Source: a virus
IMG/VR virus record: IMGVR_UViG_3300035326_000449
Coordinates: 4,280-68,279 of that record
DNA length: 64,000 nt
Direction: 5' to 3' (one strand)
The notes under the pieces are model-generated. The model was given only the letters and a program-made list of their open reading frames with translations. It did no database searches and was not told where the DNA came from. The translations under genes and the position numbers were made by a program. Shown piece after piece: positions 27,385-39,179 of this stretch (positions within the stretch are counted from its first letter, which is position 1; every line of letters starts with the position of its first letter).

Positions 27385-28683
27385 TTACTTCTTGCGTTCG
27401 GAGCGCTTCTTGGCTGCATTCTCACGGCGCTCACGGAGGGCCTTCTGAGTGGGACTCTCATTGGCAGGAGCGGATCCTGTCTCCTTGAACTTGCGGTTCT
27501 GAGGGGTGAAGGTTGAGGACAAGCCTACCACCTTGTCGATCCACTCACGTCCTCCGGCTTTGTTCGCTTTGGCGAGAATGTATTTCTCATCTTCAGAAAG
27601 GACGCGAGCGCCTTTCAGAGCTTCGAGCTTGCTTTCAAGTTCGTCATTCTGCTTTTCAAGCTCATCGATTTTCTCTTGCTGATCATCGATTTCCTTCTGC
27701 TGGTCGTCCACTTTCTCTTCAAGGTCATCGATTTTATCCAGAAGTTCATTCTCATCAAGAGCCTGTGCATTGGGATTACCGCCACCCTCGGCAGGAATGA
27801 TTTCAGTGATGACGCTATTGTCGATCTTGATGGTCGTGCCGTCGTCCATCACATAGGTGCCGTCGGGATAAGCGACATCACCAACCTGCGGATCTCCTTC
27901 CTCGCGCTCGACCGTAAAGACTGAGCCGTCGGCAGATGTGATTTCCTGGGCTTTCATGTTCGCCACGTCCTCAATCTTCTTGAGTCCGCACATAGCGAGC
28001 AGCTTATTGAGCGCGCTCTGCTCAACTCTTACTTTGCCTTCTTTTGCCATTTTTGAATTGTTTGATGTTGAATTAATGAGTTGTCTTTTCTTGCTTGCGG
28101 TGTTGGGTACGAGAGTCTTGGAGATAAAGCCGAGTTCAATGGCTTTATCGGTGTCAATGAAAGTGTCACGCTTCATCAGGGCAATCAACTCCCCACGTGT
28201 TGCCTTAGTGCGCTGAACGTACAAGTTCAGTATTTTGTCCTCTTCTTGCCGTAAAAGTCGTGCCTGTTCCTGCATATGGTCCGTAATTGTGTCGATGCTG
28301 TCAGCGGTAAGACGCTTCGGGAAATCTGTATCGAGATAGATCGCGGCAGGGTTGTGGATGCAGAAATGAGCGTTCTTGTAGGAAGTTCTGCGTTCAAGAG
28401 GGGCTGCCAAAAGGATGATGGTTGCCATCGATGAACATTCACCCTCTACGGTCGTGTAGATGGTCTTCTTAGATCGGCGAAGTGCGTCATAAATAGCCCA
28501 ACCCTCAACACAATCGCCACCGCGACAATGCAGGCGAATGTCGATGACCTTATCATCTTCGGGAATGGCGTTGAGGAATTCCTGAATATCTTTGTAGCAG
28601 ATACCGTCGATTCCATCCCAATATTTCATCAGGATTTTTTCTTCTTCGCCTACGATGTCATTGTAAATTTTCAGTGTAGCCAT
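27385..28683 (-). CDS. ClpP-type prohead protease with scaffold-like coiled coil
   Basis: IRLHCRGG, GECSSMATII, FCIHNP, AIELGFI; acidic coiled-coil C-terminus. Confidence 0.85.
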   Translation of the reverse strand: MATLKIYNDIVGEEEKILMKYWDGIDGICYKDIQEFLNAIPEDDKVIDIRLHCRGGDCVEGWAIYDALRRSKKTIYTTVEGECSSMATIILLAAPLERRTSYKNAHFCIHNPAAIYLDTDFPKRLTADSIDTITDHMQEQARLLRQEEDKILNLYVQRTKATRGELIALMKRDTFIDTDKAIELGFISKTLVPNTASKKRQLINSTSNNSKMAKEGKVRVEQSALNKLLAMCGLKKIEDVANMKAQEITSADGSVFTVEREEGDPQVGDVAYPDGTYVMDDGTTIKIDNSVITEIIPAEGGGNPNAQALDENELLDKIDDLEEKVDDQQKEIDDQQEKIDELEKQNDELESKLEALKGARVLSEDEKYILAKANKAGGREWIDKVVGLSSTFTPQNRKFKETGSAPANESPTQKALRERRENAAKKRSERKK

Positions 28684-28705
28684 TGCGATGAATAATTTTC
28701 AATTC

Positions 28706-28773
28706 CAAAGTTATTGTGGCGACACCTTATTTCTTGATTACTTAAAAGGATTTGCAGTGAACGCAATCGTTCA
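28706..28773 (-). promoter_or_regulatory. Putative late promoter of the head/tail operon
   Basis: -7 box TAACTTTG (28706-28713), TGAAC-N6-GTTCA at 28758-28773 (44 nt away), no -33 box. Confidence 0.7.
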
Positions 28774-28840
28774 CCTCCAATCACTTGGATATTTGGAATT
28801 ATTTTTGTAATTTTATTCCAAATAACAATTATGTAGAAGT

Positions 28841-29065
28841 ATGGCAAAAGTTATTCACGTCCACATCTTCGCTCGCTCCAGGAATGAGCGAAAGGATTTT
28901 TACTTCACCAATATCTCCGCGATCTATACCACACTGACTCCGGAGGATATAGGTATGAAAAAGAGTTCACTGCTCCATGCCGGACTCACCGGCAACGGAA
29001 CAGTGGTTACCAAAAAGGCGATTATCAAGCAATCGCAGTTGATCTCTACGCCAAGAAAAAAGTAG
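28841..29065 (+). CDS. Small basic protein, divergent; possible regulator
   Basis: 74 aa, one of the few convincing + strand genes; TATTTTTG box at 28800-28807. Confidence 0.65.
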   Translation: MAKVIHVHIFARSRNERKDFYFTNISAIYTTLTPEDIGMKKSSLLHAGLTGNGTVVTKKAIIKQSQLISTPRKK

Positions 29066-29118
29066 CCACTATGCATCGCGCACGGTGACTACATGACATT
29101 ATGTGGAATATTGCTTTA

Positions 29119-29526
29119 TTATTTTATCAAGTCATCGATGGATTTCTTCAATTCCATCATGAGTTCCGGACCATTCTCCTGGAAAGCCTGACCCTCTGAG
29201 AACACTCCATCTCTATAGGTGAGGCAAGCAAACGTACCATCAGGCTTCTGGACGGAAAGACGTGGCTTGCCAAAGTGCATATCAATCTCGATGCGAGGAG
29301 ATTCCTTGCCATCCTCCTTCTCGAAATCGAACATCGGATAGATGTACTTGCATGCATTGACGATAACCTCTGGCTTCTTATCTATGTACGCCTGCGCTCC
29401 TATATAGCGGTTGCCCCAAAAGGAGTCTTTAATGGCGTTGATGTCAAATTTCCTATCTTCTATGTAGCCCCATTCGGTTGCTAACTTATTTGCCACGACA
29501 AGCATGGCTTCATTGGCGGTCTTCAT
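29119..29526 (-). CDS. Hypothetical early protein
   Basis: 135-aa ORF. Confidence 0.7.
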   Translation of the reverse strand: MKTANEAMLVVANKLATEWGYIEDRKFDINAIKDSFWGNRYIGAQAYIDKKPEVIVNACKYIYPMFDFEKEDGKESPRIEIDMHFGKPRLSVQKPDGTFACLTYRDGVFSEGQAFQENGPELMMELKKSIDDLIK

Positions 29527-29543
29527 ATTGTTTTCTTTTTAGG

Positions 29544-29783
29544 TTAGACATAAATGTGTTGAGAGATCTCCGATACTTCCTCGGTCTCGCCCCTGTCAAT
29601 CATCTGCTGGAAATGAGTCATGCGCGACTCTATATCTGGAGTGTAACGAGTATAGCTGAATGTAGCCGTTATGCATTCTGCTTCCGGACAAATCAGGAAA
29701 GCGACTGCTACGCTGTCCCTGTCAGCCGGGCATCTACCTATTAGGAGACCTTTAAAGTCCCATACTTTTCCTTCTTGTGGCAT
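29544..29783 (-). CDS. Hypothetical early protein
   Basis: 79-aa ORF in operon. Confidence 0.55.
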   Translation of the reverse strand: MPQEGKVWDFKGLLIGRCPADRDSVAVAFLICPEAECITATFSYTRYTPDIESRMTHFQQMIDRGETEEVSEISQHIYV

Positions 29784-29789
29784 AGTGTC

Positions 29790-30134
29790 TTAGATTAAAG
29801 TGAATACTCTGAATGAACGGAAGTTGTTTTTCTCTACATCAAAGTAGCACATTACGTCATCATCTGGCTTCGCCCTCTTGACTGTATTAGAAGAGGGAGC
29901 ATAGTCGATGTCGCAAAGTGTTCCGACTGCCTTTCGGACGGTGCCGTCGAGCTTCCTGAAAGAAAACTCGACTTTACCAATCTGCATTTGTGTATATATC
30001 CGGATTGCTTTCCACGCGAGTCTGAGCGCTTCGGAGAAGCTTGCGACCTGTGACTTCCTGATGATGGCGTGGGCTATCTTGAAAAGTTTTGATCTGTTAA
30101 TCTTGGTACTCATGGTGTAATTCCTTATTTGCAT
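29790..30134 (-). CDS. WYL_2/SH3-like (DUF2693-type) protein
   Basis: VEFSFRKLDGTVRKAVGTL...YFDVEKNNFRSFR. Confidence 0.75.
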   Translation of the reverse strand: MQIRNYTMSTKINRSKLFKIAHAIIRKSQVASFSEALRLAWKAIRIYTQMQIGKVEFSFRKLDGTVRKAVGTLCDIDYAPSSNTVKRAKPDDDVMCYFDVEKNNFRSFRVFTLI

Positions 30135-30458
30135 TTATCCTTTGATTTCTGATTCCTGAAACGAGAAGCGTTTTGTCTGAGGGTCAAATACAATGATGTA
30201 TGTACCCTGCACCTCTTTATTCCAATATTTCACCCAGTCGATGATGTCTGTGCAGTAAGGCGTGAGCTCTGTTCCGTTCTCTCTCACACCCCAATAGAAG
30301 CGAAGAGAGAAGCCGAAGTTTTCCTCCTCCATTTCATCAAGTTTGGAGGCGATTGTTTGAACATCTGAGAGGGTGTCGCCCTTGGCGTACATTCCGAGGT
30401 TGGCAACTGAGTTGCGCATTGTCCCGATAAGCTGGGAGAGTGTCATATTCTCTTTCAT
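30135..30458 (-). CDS. Hypothetical early protein
   Basis: 107 aa, first gene after promoter copy 7. Confidence 0.7.
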   Translation of the reverse strand: MKENMTLSQLIGTMRNSVANLGMYAKGDTLSDVQTIASKLDEMEEENFGFSLRFYWGVRENGTELTPYCTDIIDWVKYWNKEVQGTYIIVFDPQTKRFSFQESEIKG

Positions 30459-30499
30459 AATGTCTTGTTTTTAAGGATGTTTATTTCTTATTTGCACTA

Positions 30500-30531
30500 C
30501 AAATATAATACTATTTTATCATATACGCAAA
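30500..30531 (-). promoter_or_regulatory. sigmaA-type early promoter, copy 7
   Basis: TTTG-N20-TATATTTG, TGATAA boxes; terminator-like hairpin upstream near 30576-30607. Confidence 0.8.
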
Positions 30532-30626
30532 CTTTTACGGTATAAAATTATCATTTTTCCTAATATTTTTTTCATAAAAAATGCCCCGAAGTCTGGGCTT
30601 CGAGGCTTGCTGATGAATCCTGTCTA

Positions 30627-30986
30627 TCATCTGGAAGTATGAGTCTTCAGGAACCGGACCTCCGGCATAAGGCTGTCGAGAAGATTATATATTCCGCTAT
30701 AATCCTTCGCTTCATACAAGGTAACCAGTTTATTCCAATTCCTGATAATAGGAGCGTAGAATGGAAATCGCGCAAGAATTTTTGGGAAATCTTTGTCAGG
30801 ATCTACTTCGCAGAACTTAACCAGGTCATAGCACCGTGAGAAATCATCCGCATCATACGGAACGTCAAAACTGATTATGGGAGACTGAGGCGCCGGCTCC
30901 ACATCCATAAGTCCGGTCCACATCGTTCGGGATGAAACACCTACATGGTGATTAGCGATCCACTCATGAAGTTTCTGAATATTCAT
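30627..30986 (-). CDS. Hypothetical protein
   Basis: GVSSRTM...PYDADDFSRC; 119 aa. Confidence 0.7.
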   Translation of the reverse strand: MNIQKLHEWIANHHVGVSSRTMWTGLMDVEPAPQSPIISFDVPYDADDFSRCYDLVKFCEVDPDKDFPKILARFPFYAPIIRNWNKLVTLYEAKDYSGIYNLLDSLMPEVRFLKTHTSR

Positions 30987-31327
30987 AGTTCGGTCTCCAT
31001 CATTAGTCCTCCGCGCTCGACATGCTGCTTCAAGCCGGGAGATAATTCGACATACTGCTCATAGGTAGGACGTACCCATTTTATAACAGGCACATTATCG
31101 GGAACACTCTTGAATGTCCTTGTGTGAGACATTGTGAGACCACATTTAGGACAAGGAATGACAAATGGGGTTACTCCCTTGACCGCATAAGTGGTTATGA
31201 TACGATGGCCGCAACTCTTCCCGGTAGAGAGTTCTCTGCACTCATAGAGATCGTAAGTCCCTCTGCCATCATAGACCTTCATAGATTCTGCCTTATTGCA
31301 GAAATCGAGATACTGTTCTTTGTTCAT
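30983..31327 (-). CDS. Zinc-ribbon hypothetical protein
   Basis: YEC...CGH and CPKCG; likely start MNKEQ. Confidence 0.65.
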   Translation of the reverse strand: MNKEQYLDFCNKAESMKVYDGRGTYDLYECRELSTGKSCGHRIITTYAVKGVTPFVIPCPKCGLTMSHTRTFKSVPDNVPVIKWVRPTYEQYVELSPGLKQHVERGGLMMETEL

Positions 31328-31791
31328 ATATAGATATATTGTTTGATTTTGTTGATATACGTTGCCGGCACATAATAGTTGAACTCGCCACGTTCCAAAG
31401 CGTCTATCTCCGCTTGAATGCCTGCGATATTCGCTTCGCACTCCGCCTTTCCTAATCCAAACAGATCATCGGCAGGCATCCTGTTCCGAAGCTTGGTGAT
31501 TGTTCTTTTCTTCCCCGCGATGAGTGAGGAAGTTTTGGCATCGATATAATCCTGACCGCATAATATCAGATTATCCCCGGTCTTATCATCTTGCCTTCCG
31601 ATGCGAAGTTCTACATGGCGCCGGGGATTGTGGATCTTAACCAATGCCATAAGATACTCAAAATACCATTTGTATTTAAGCATTAGGTTCATCGGAAGTT
31701 TATACTGGTAATAAATCACATCCTCTACTGAATATCCTCCGACAAAGGAAACTGAGATTTTGACAATCATCAATGGCTCTTCAAAAGTCAT
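31324..31791 (-). CDS. Hypothetical protein
   Basis: Likely start MTFEEPL; coupled overlaps. Confidence 0.65.
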   Translation of the reverse strand: MTFEEPLMIVKISVSFVGGYSVEDVIYYQYKLPMNLMLKYKWYFEYLMALVKIHNPRRHVELRIGRQDDKTGDNLILCGQDYIDAKTSSLIAGKKRTITKLRNRMPADDLFGLGKAECEANIAGIQAEIDALERGEFNYYVPATYINKIKQYIYI

Positions 31792-31793
31792 GG

Positions 31794-32168
31794 CTATATC
31801 TCTTTGAGTTTGCATCCGATTTTTTTGAGCCATTCAATGGCTGACACACAACCCTCAATAGGCTCCTTACATAGACACCCAAAGGGATCTGACAGCCCTT
31901 CTGTGTGGTACTTTACTTCGTATCCGAAAGGGCATTTGCATAACTGAAACTCATAGCTTGAATCACCGATCTGCACACTATTTGGGAGGAACGCGAGCAA
32001 CACCGACAACGACCACGCCGGTTCATCCTTATCGGAGAACACTCCGTGATGGTAGCATATAGCACTTAGGTCGTACCCGTCGGATAAGGTCATGTCGGCC
32101 GTAGATGGATTTAACCCACAGGCTTTCAGTCTTGCTGACTGGGATGAGTTAGTTGCAATCTGTATCAT
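31794..32168 (-). CDS. Hypothetical protein, paralog of 32149-32592
   Basis: QIAT...QSARLKACG...TADM...PAWSLSVLLAFLP. Confidence 0.7.
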   Translation of the reverse strand: MIQIATNSSQSARLKACGLNPSTADMTLSDGYDLSAICYHHGVFSDKDEPAWSLSVLLAFLPNSVQIGDSSYEFQLCKCPFGYEVKYHTEGLSDPFGCLCKEPIEGCVSAIEWLKKIGCKLKEI

Positions 32169-32592
32169 GAGAATTGTCAAGTTTAATTCCCTTTAATGTA
32201 AGCCATTCGATGGTTTTCACACACGCTTCGATTGGTGATTTGTCCCAAAGCCGGACATACTTGCCGTTATCATCTGTCGGATGCCATCGGTCATGACCCG
32301 AAAACCATTGCACTTCAAATTCCGTGTGGATTCTGAGAGTGCTTAACTCTAACCGATACTCTGTCCCCATAGGACTATGAAGGCATCGAGGAATGAGGGC
32401 AAGGAGAGCCGAAAAACTCCATGCTGGAGAGTAATGCAAGTTCCGAAGATTCTCTATCCACGGATGATTGAGCACCTGAAGACGGATGCTCGTCAGGTCT
32501 TCTTTCCATGCCATATCCGCCGTTGAAAGATCTACGCCACAGGCTTGGAGCCTTGCGGATTGTTCCGGTGTAGTCGCTATTTGAGTTGTCAT
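32149..32592 (-). CDS. Hypothetical protein, paralog of 31794-32168
   Basis: QIATTPEQSARLQACG...TADM...PAWSFSALLALIP. Confidence 0.7.
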   Translation of the reverse strand: MTTQIATTPEQSARLQACGVDLSTADMAWKEDLTSIRLQVLNHPWIENLRNLHYSPAWSFSALLALIPRCLHSPMGTEYRLELSTLRIHTEFEVQWFSGHDRWHPTDDNGKYVRLWDKSPIEACVKTIEWLTLKGIKLDNSHDTDCN

Positions 32593-33053
32593 TTCTTTGC
32601 TTTGATTATTTTTTCATATTCATTATAGTCATAAACCTTACCTTGATACTCGGCTTCCAACTTTTCAAGCCATGTGGCTTCACATTCTCCACCGTAAAAG
32701 ACATAGCAAGTCTTCAGTTCCTCCGCAGTGCTCCAGGCAAAGTGAGTTAATTCATCGAAGCTAAACAATTCCTCGGCTGATTTTGTCATTCCATCCCACC
32801 ACTGACCCCAACACTTCTCTACCGTGCCATCCGTCAATGGTAATGTAAACTTCCTCCCTCCGAATGCGGTCTTCCCAAATGGGAGAGTCAAGAATTCTCG
32901 TTTGAAGAAAGTCAATGCTCCTTCATCTTCTCCGATGATAGTTTCATAGTCAATCTTTGTATAGGATTTCTGCAGAGGACGGTTGATGACATAATATTTG
33001 CGATCGCCATTCCTGATGATGGCTTCAATTCGGATTTTCTCTTTTTCCATCAT
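32589..33053 (-). CDS. Hypothetical protein
   Basis: AFGGRKFTLPLTDG...GQWWD; 154 aa. Confidence 0.7.
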   Translation of the reverse strand: MMEKEKIRIEAIIRNGDRKYYVINRPLQKSYTKIDYETIIGEDEGALTFFKREFLTLPFGKTAFGGRKFTLPLTDGTVEKCWGQWWDGMTKSAEELFSFDELTHFAWSTAEELKTCYVFYGGECEATWLEKLEAEYQGKVYDYNEYEKIIKAKK

Positions 33054-33358
33054 CTGATTGTTTTTCTATATCCGAAATATGCTTCACGCCTATTCCAGAA
33101 CTGATCCTTGTGTTTGGTACAGCAGAAACATTGCTGGTATGATTTCTTGATGAACCGGTTGTTGCACTTAGGACCGGCACACACTATCTTAGTGCCGACC
33201 TTAGCCTTCTTGTTTAGCTTGTAGTGACGTTCATCATGTGCGACACCTTCTCCGACCTCCGCGATGAAATCTTCATACGAGGAACCTGGTCCGTCATCAT
33301 CATAGATCTCACAGAGGTGAGCTGCTTCGCTATCATCTGTAGTTGTGTATCCACTCAT
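33050..33358 (-). CDS. Cys-rich small protein, possible zinc finger
   Basis: CAGPKC...CFCCTKH; first gene after promoter copy 8. Confidence 0.65.
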   Translation of the reverse strand: MSGYTTTDDSEAAHLCEIYDDDGPGSSYEDFIAEVGEGVAHDERHYKLNKKAKVGTKIVCAGPKCNNRFIKKSYQQCFCCTKHKDQFWNRREAYFGYRKTIR

Positions 33359-33396
33359 GTCTTGAAATGATTAAATGTTGTTTCTTATTTGCACTA

Positions 33397-33428
33397 CAAA
33401 TATAGTAAAAACTAATCAAATACGCAAA
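33397..33428 (-). promoter_or_regulatory. sigmaA-type early promoter, copy 8
   Basis: TTTG-N20-TATATTTG with conserved leader. Confidence 0.75.
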
Positions 33429-33455
33429 TATTTCCAACTGAAAAAATTATATATA

Positions 33456-36400
33456 TCAGTGAATTGTATTTGCGACTGCATAACGCCCCTTATGGCTGTA
33501 GAAATCCAATATCTCGGCACATCTTTGGTGCGGCTTCAGGGCGTTCCATTCTTCTTCGGTGAAATAGGATGTCAGATTATCTTGCCAAAACTGGTAAATA
33601 TCATCGAGGAATAATGAGGTGTCGATATACTCGTCTTGCTCGAATTCTTCCACTCTATTCACGGCTGACTCACATTCCTTATGAGCATAGCAACGGAACA
33701 TCTGACCTCCGTCCGCATACGACCATGATGTTGCTGTATCTCCCGGGTTGATGGACTGCATACAATACTCGCAATGATGTTTCTTCCGGACGCGGACCGT
33801 CTTACTGCTTAGGATATCCATAATTCAACAAACGTAATAAATAAGCCAATACCGACCATCCCTAAGCGGAAGGAGTAGATAACCTCTGTAATCGTCTTCA
33901 AAGTAGCACCACTGATGAACCAGGTAGGTAAATGATGCATCCTCATCGACATCCTCAACCTGTTCGGTGAATAACAATCTTCTCAGATCAGGATGTTCCT
34001 TCGCGCTTTCTTCAGTGATTCTGAAGAATCTACCCGTAGGCGACCATCGGAATCCCGTATTCTTTTCTTCGGGAACATGGACTGCATTGACATAGCCAAT
34101 GTGCTGGTTTTCCATATCATCCAACCATTCTTTGACTGAGGTCTCAAAATTCCCTTTGTAGATTCCGTTCTTTCTGAAATATCCCAAAGCCTTCTCGAAT
34201 TTCTCCCGCTCAACTTTCGACATTTCAGCCATTTCCTCTAAGATTGCACGCTCCTGTTCATCTAACGAGTCGGCAATTATTGAAGTGTCCTCGCTCATAT
34301 CTCCTGCTTTATCTGGTTAATAATACTATCGGAAACCTCTTTGTCAAGACTGCCAAGAACAATGAAGTTATCCAACACATTCCGGATAACGCTCATCTTG
34401 ACTCTCGGATCTTTTTGACAGTCTATAAGCTGTTGCTGCTTCCGTCTGATTCTCTCTCGGAATCTTTGCTTGAATGAAATGAGGGACTGATCGGAGCGCA
34501 TGACTACTCCGGCGAAGTCAGCATAAACCACATCGCCGGAGTTTTCAGATTCTTTGCAAATCGCTTCATAAGCCTGCTCCATTGTCATCCAACCTGGAGT
34601 CTTAATCTTTATCATAACAGGCATCATGATAGTTATACTTCTCCCTCATTTTGGCGATCCACTCCTTATAGGCTGGAACCGCTCTGGCCGCTGACGGCAC
34701 GGGAATCTTGAAATCCGTATCGCTGGAGGTCAGACAATCCGGGCAACAATAGTACCCATTGAATTCTCCGTCCTTGATTGTTCGCCATCCTCTATCATGG
34801 AGGTAAGCGATCACCAATACCACGAAACTGAATAATCTCCAGTCGTGCAACTGAGGTTCTGCCGGCATTGGTGCATACAATCGGGCACCACACCTTTTGC
34901 AACAAACGTGGTTCATTCTCGTAAATTGAGGATCAGCACCGCTTTCTGCTCGCAATAAGCGTCTAACTCTTGATTTATCTTCTTCCATATTTTTTGATTG
35001 TTAGAAATCTAATGACAACTGAACCGCGCCTATCCTCTTCACGGTTCGTTTATGAAAGGGGCACTTTGAGAGTAAGGACAATTACCCCCGGCTGCTTGTA
35101 GATTGGCTCCGTGCCACTGGTCCCAGTCTTTCACTCCGTCTTCTGTAAGAAGTTCGATCAGCTTCATGCAGGTAAATCCTCGCTCCTTATGTTTCGAGTC
35201 GTGGAGTTCAACTAAGCCGTTACCTTGTGGTCTCATGGCTTTTGTATTTTGGGTATATGCATCCAATGAGTCACCACAATTTCTCCCGATTTGGCTTTTT
35301 CTTCAAAATGGCTGTCCTGGAAATCCCAAACCTTATATCCATTGGGGAACACCTTGAAGTTAGCCGTGCAAACATCATTGAATCCATCCTTATGCCTGAC
35401 ATGAAGAAGAAACACATCCATCACAAATATTCCTCCTACTCCAAACAATTCATATTCGTAATCTTTGGGTTTGGGATAGCCATCCTTCTTCACGCTGTGC
35501 CATAGATCTTCAAGCGTTTCCTTGACTGCGGTGTGGTAACACCGTTTTAGATGATTTGAAATATCTAAACGGATAGCTGGGACATCTGAGCATTGTACGG
35601 CAAAATTGATTGAGGCGTATGCCTGAGCCTTTTGTTCGTAGGTCTTCATATAGGAATTATTCTTTTGGTGGTTCTGGAAGCATCATCCAGATATTGAATA
35701 GGCTAACTTCGCTGTCGTCTGACTCATACCAAAACTTCCCATTCTGGAAATAGGCGGCATAGAAGTACTTTATAGAATTATCTACTCTCTGAATAGCGAC
35801 AATTACCTGATCACCATCTTTGAGACCTTCTGTATCAGTGTCTTTTCTCCACTGACCGGAAAGGGCTCCGATTGCTCCTGCTTCATGAGCATCCAACAAA
35901 TCCTTTGGGGTTATTGTGATCCTGACTTTTTGAGGTTTCTCTGGAGTGAGATTTGGGAATAATGAATCAGCAAAGTTATATTTCGTTCCTCTGCTGACCC
36001 AGTATTCATCCTTGTCTTCTGGATGAAACTTCCATTTATATGGCTCCTTCAGGTGAACCACTACATCATCACCAGGATAGTCTATTGTCGCCCAACCCTC
36101 GATTTCATTCTTTACATCCTTTGTGTCGGGAAGAAAAATAAGGTCGGACTCAGCGATGAATCCTCCATTCTTTTTGTCGCGTCTGCATATGACTTTGGTT
36201 TTCATGTTGGTGAAAGTAAGTTCAGATACTTCAACCACCTCACCTGTGCTGATTCTCTTGGCTTTCATTTCTCAATCATTTTTACATAATCTGACACTAA
36301 ATCAATAACTTTTATACAAGTAGGGCATTCTACTGAATGGCTGCTCTCATATCCGTAATAATGGGTTGCCTCGTTCCAATTGAACTCAAAAACACAACCG

Positions 36401-39160
36401 CACTTGGGACATTCGGCAAGGTAGAACCGAAGGTCTTTGAGCCTTGACAGGTCGCCTTCCTTGATTATTCTCATTCCTAAACCTCCTTTCCCAAAAGTTC
36501 CAACGCCGCAGCGATTCCGGCTGAGAGAGCTAGTTCGTAAGACGTGTGATTGCCACCTGCATCATTCATAAACTCGGCACTCGCTACGTCCATCAATTCA
36601 AATCCCCATGAAGGATATTCATTGTATAATGCACCATCCGCATCTATATCGTAGCCCATATATGGGTTCACTGAAATATGGATTCCTTTCTCTCTCAACC
36701 ACTTCTGAACCTGACATAAGGTCGGAGCGGAGCAAAATTCCAATCCTTTAGCTATTCCCTTACGGTTATCATTGTAGTTCTTGGGAGTTTTGCTGTGTGC
36801 CATTTTGGGTTCACCGAAAGAAAGTTCCGGCTCTAAACGCATCTTGACGGAATATCCGTAATGGCACGGCTCATCAAACCCATGCTTCTTCAGCGCAAGG
36901 GCAATGGGGTAGGAAACGTAGTCTTCGGGGTTCATAATACTAATATTTCTCGGTTGTTTATATCTATACATTCAGGGCGGTTGCTATCAGAATACCATCT
37001 GAGATACCATTTATCCCCAATTTTAGCTTTCCACATTTTCCCTGCATATTGACCGCTGGGCAATGTGGTTGAGTATTCTTTTAGAGCTTTGAACGTCTGT
37101 TCTGACATCAACGCACATTTATCATCCATCTCAATAAAACGGCGATGCGGTTGTTGCCAACATTTTCCTCGTGGGTTAATTATTGGAGGAATTACTTGTT
37201 CTGCTGTCATCTTTCTCTTTTGTTTTTGGGGTGTAATGTGGTTTGTCAAGCAACGAATAACATAAACTGCTGTTCGGACAGTCCATCGTTCCATAGTTAT
37301 TGCAGTCTGCGCAGGACTTAGTTTTTGTTAACTCTTGGTCTATAAAACTCGGACGATGGTATCTATTCTCCATGATTCTAATGTGTTCTTTTGCCGCTCC
37401 TGCAAGAAGTCTTAGCTCTCCAAACATAATCTCAACTCTCGCATAAGCAGGATAACCGCCTTTAGGCTGATTTCCCAACTCATGATTTGAGATATACTTA
37501 CCGTTGATGTGTACGGTATAGAAGTATGATTTAGCGCGGAGTATGCGCCATATTGCTTTTAGTTTATCTGTCATTGTTTATCTTTTCTAGGGTGAAGTCG
37601 GGGCATTTGTCACGATCGCAAATCAAGATACATGGTCTTTCGTAAGAGTACCGTCTGCTCTTTTTCTTGCGCCTTTTACACAGCCAACCTGCATAAAAGT
37701 GCTTACACTCGCTCGGTGTCTGCGGTCGGTCAGTCGGGGGCATAGTCATAAGTTTTGAATTTTTTACATAGCCAATGTTCCCAATCTTGCAGACGGCTCT
37801 GCGATATTTCTTTTTTCATTTCTTTTTCCTCCTTATTTTGTCAATTTATCAATTGCGGTTTTTAGCTCTTTGTTCGCCAGATAAAGCGAACCTATTGCTG
37901 TGGTCAGTTCGCTGGGTGGCAATCTCAGTTCGCTTTTGGTGATTATACACGATTCCCTCAATGCCCAAACCATATTCTCAATCCTTTTGAGATTGGCAAT
38001 ACATTCTTCTTGTGTCATGGCTTAACATACCCTTTCTCCATACACCCACTCGCCATTGTCAATGCGCTTGCCTCTGAATTTAATCGTTCTCATTCCTTTG
38101 CTAATATGTAATAAACATGTTTATTATCTTCTCGTGTTTTGCCGTTGCACTTCTTTAAAGGGCAGGCATGATGATAACCGGCATTAAGGCTAAAGCAACA
38201 ATCGTCACAACTATTTTCAAGCCTATATTCTTTTGCCATAACTTTGTAGCCATTGATGACGCCAACACCACCAATAGGGATTTCATTTCTCTTTTTCATT
38301 CCAGACCTCCTTTCTGTTTGCTATCTTGCCAATAACCCACGCTACAGCATCCCACGCTTTCCAAATGGCTATTATCTGGAACATCCAAATGAAAATATCC
38401 TGACCCATATCGGTCCTTCTGCCGATATGGGAAAGCAACAATGTAGCTACAATTCCGAGGGCAAACACCACAAGAATGAATATGGTGAAAGACAATGACA
38501 AAAGCAATAGCGTACCGATAAATTCCAGATTCTCTCTCATTTCGATTCCTCCTTCCTGTTTCTAAAATCCTCACATTCGAGATCCGGGCGAATCTCGCAA
38601 CGGCAGTCCTTCAGAGAACCACTCTTTATACTGTGGTCTATGCAGAAGCCACCTTCCAATGTGCAGAAGTGGACACATTGGGGATAGTCAATTTTATTTA
38701 TGATGCATTGCATACTTCGATTCAATTTTTAGAATGTTATCCGACACCTCTGCCTTCTTCGTCCCCGGTCTCTTTGAACGGAAACGATTGAGCAGATCAA
38801 CGTGCCGGTGTAGTTCTGAAATGAGGGTTTTGTTATCAGCCTGCAACTCTTTGATGATTGTCTTCAGTCGTTTTATTTCCTGACTCTCCATCTGACTTTC
38901 CGTAAGGGATGGCTCGCATGTGCAATCCTCGATGCGGTTACTGACAGCCACAGCCATACAGCCGGGAATTAAGACCTTCCCGGCCATACGGTCATAGATG
39001 TAGTGGCACCTCATCATCAGTAGTCGTTTTCGGAAGGAGTCTGGGATTTGCTACTGAAGTTGTCTGTCAGGGCGTAGTCGCCTGCGAACGCTGCGATCAC
39101 CCACCACCATGAGCAGGTCATACCGAGTGCTTTTGCAATAATGAAAGCTGCTGTAATCAT
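33456..39160 (-). other. Array of about 17 small tightly coupled hypothetical genes, many with Cys motifs (e.g. 33456-33821, 33825-34298, 34295-34627, 34602-34988, 35233-35649, 35657-36268, 36265-36474, 36477-36935, 36932-37210, 37176-37574, 38694-39017)
   Basis: Back-to-back minus-strand ORFs with ATGA-type overlaps; no catalytic motifs recognised. Confidence 0.7.
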
Positions 39161-39179
39161 AATTTGAATTATTTAAGGG

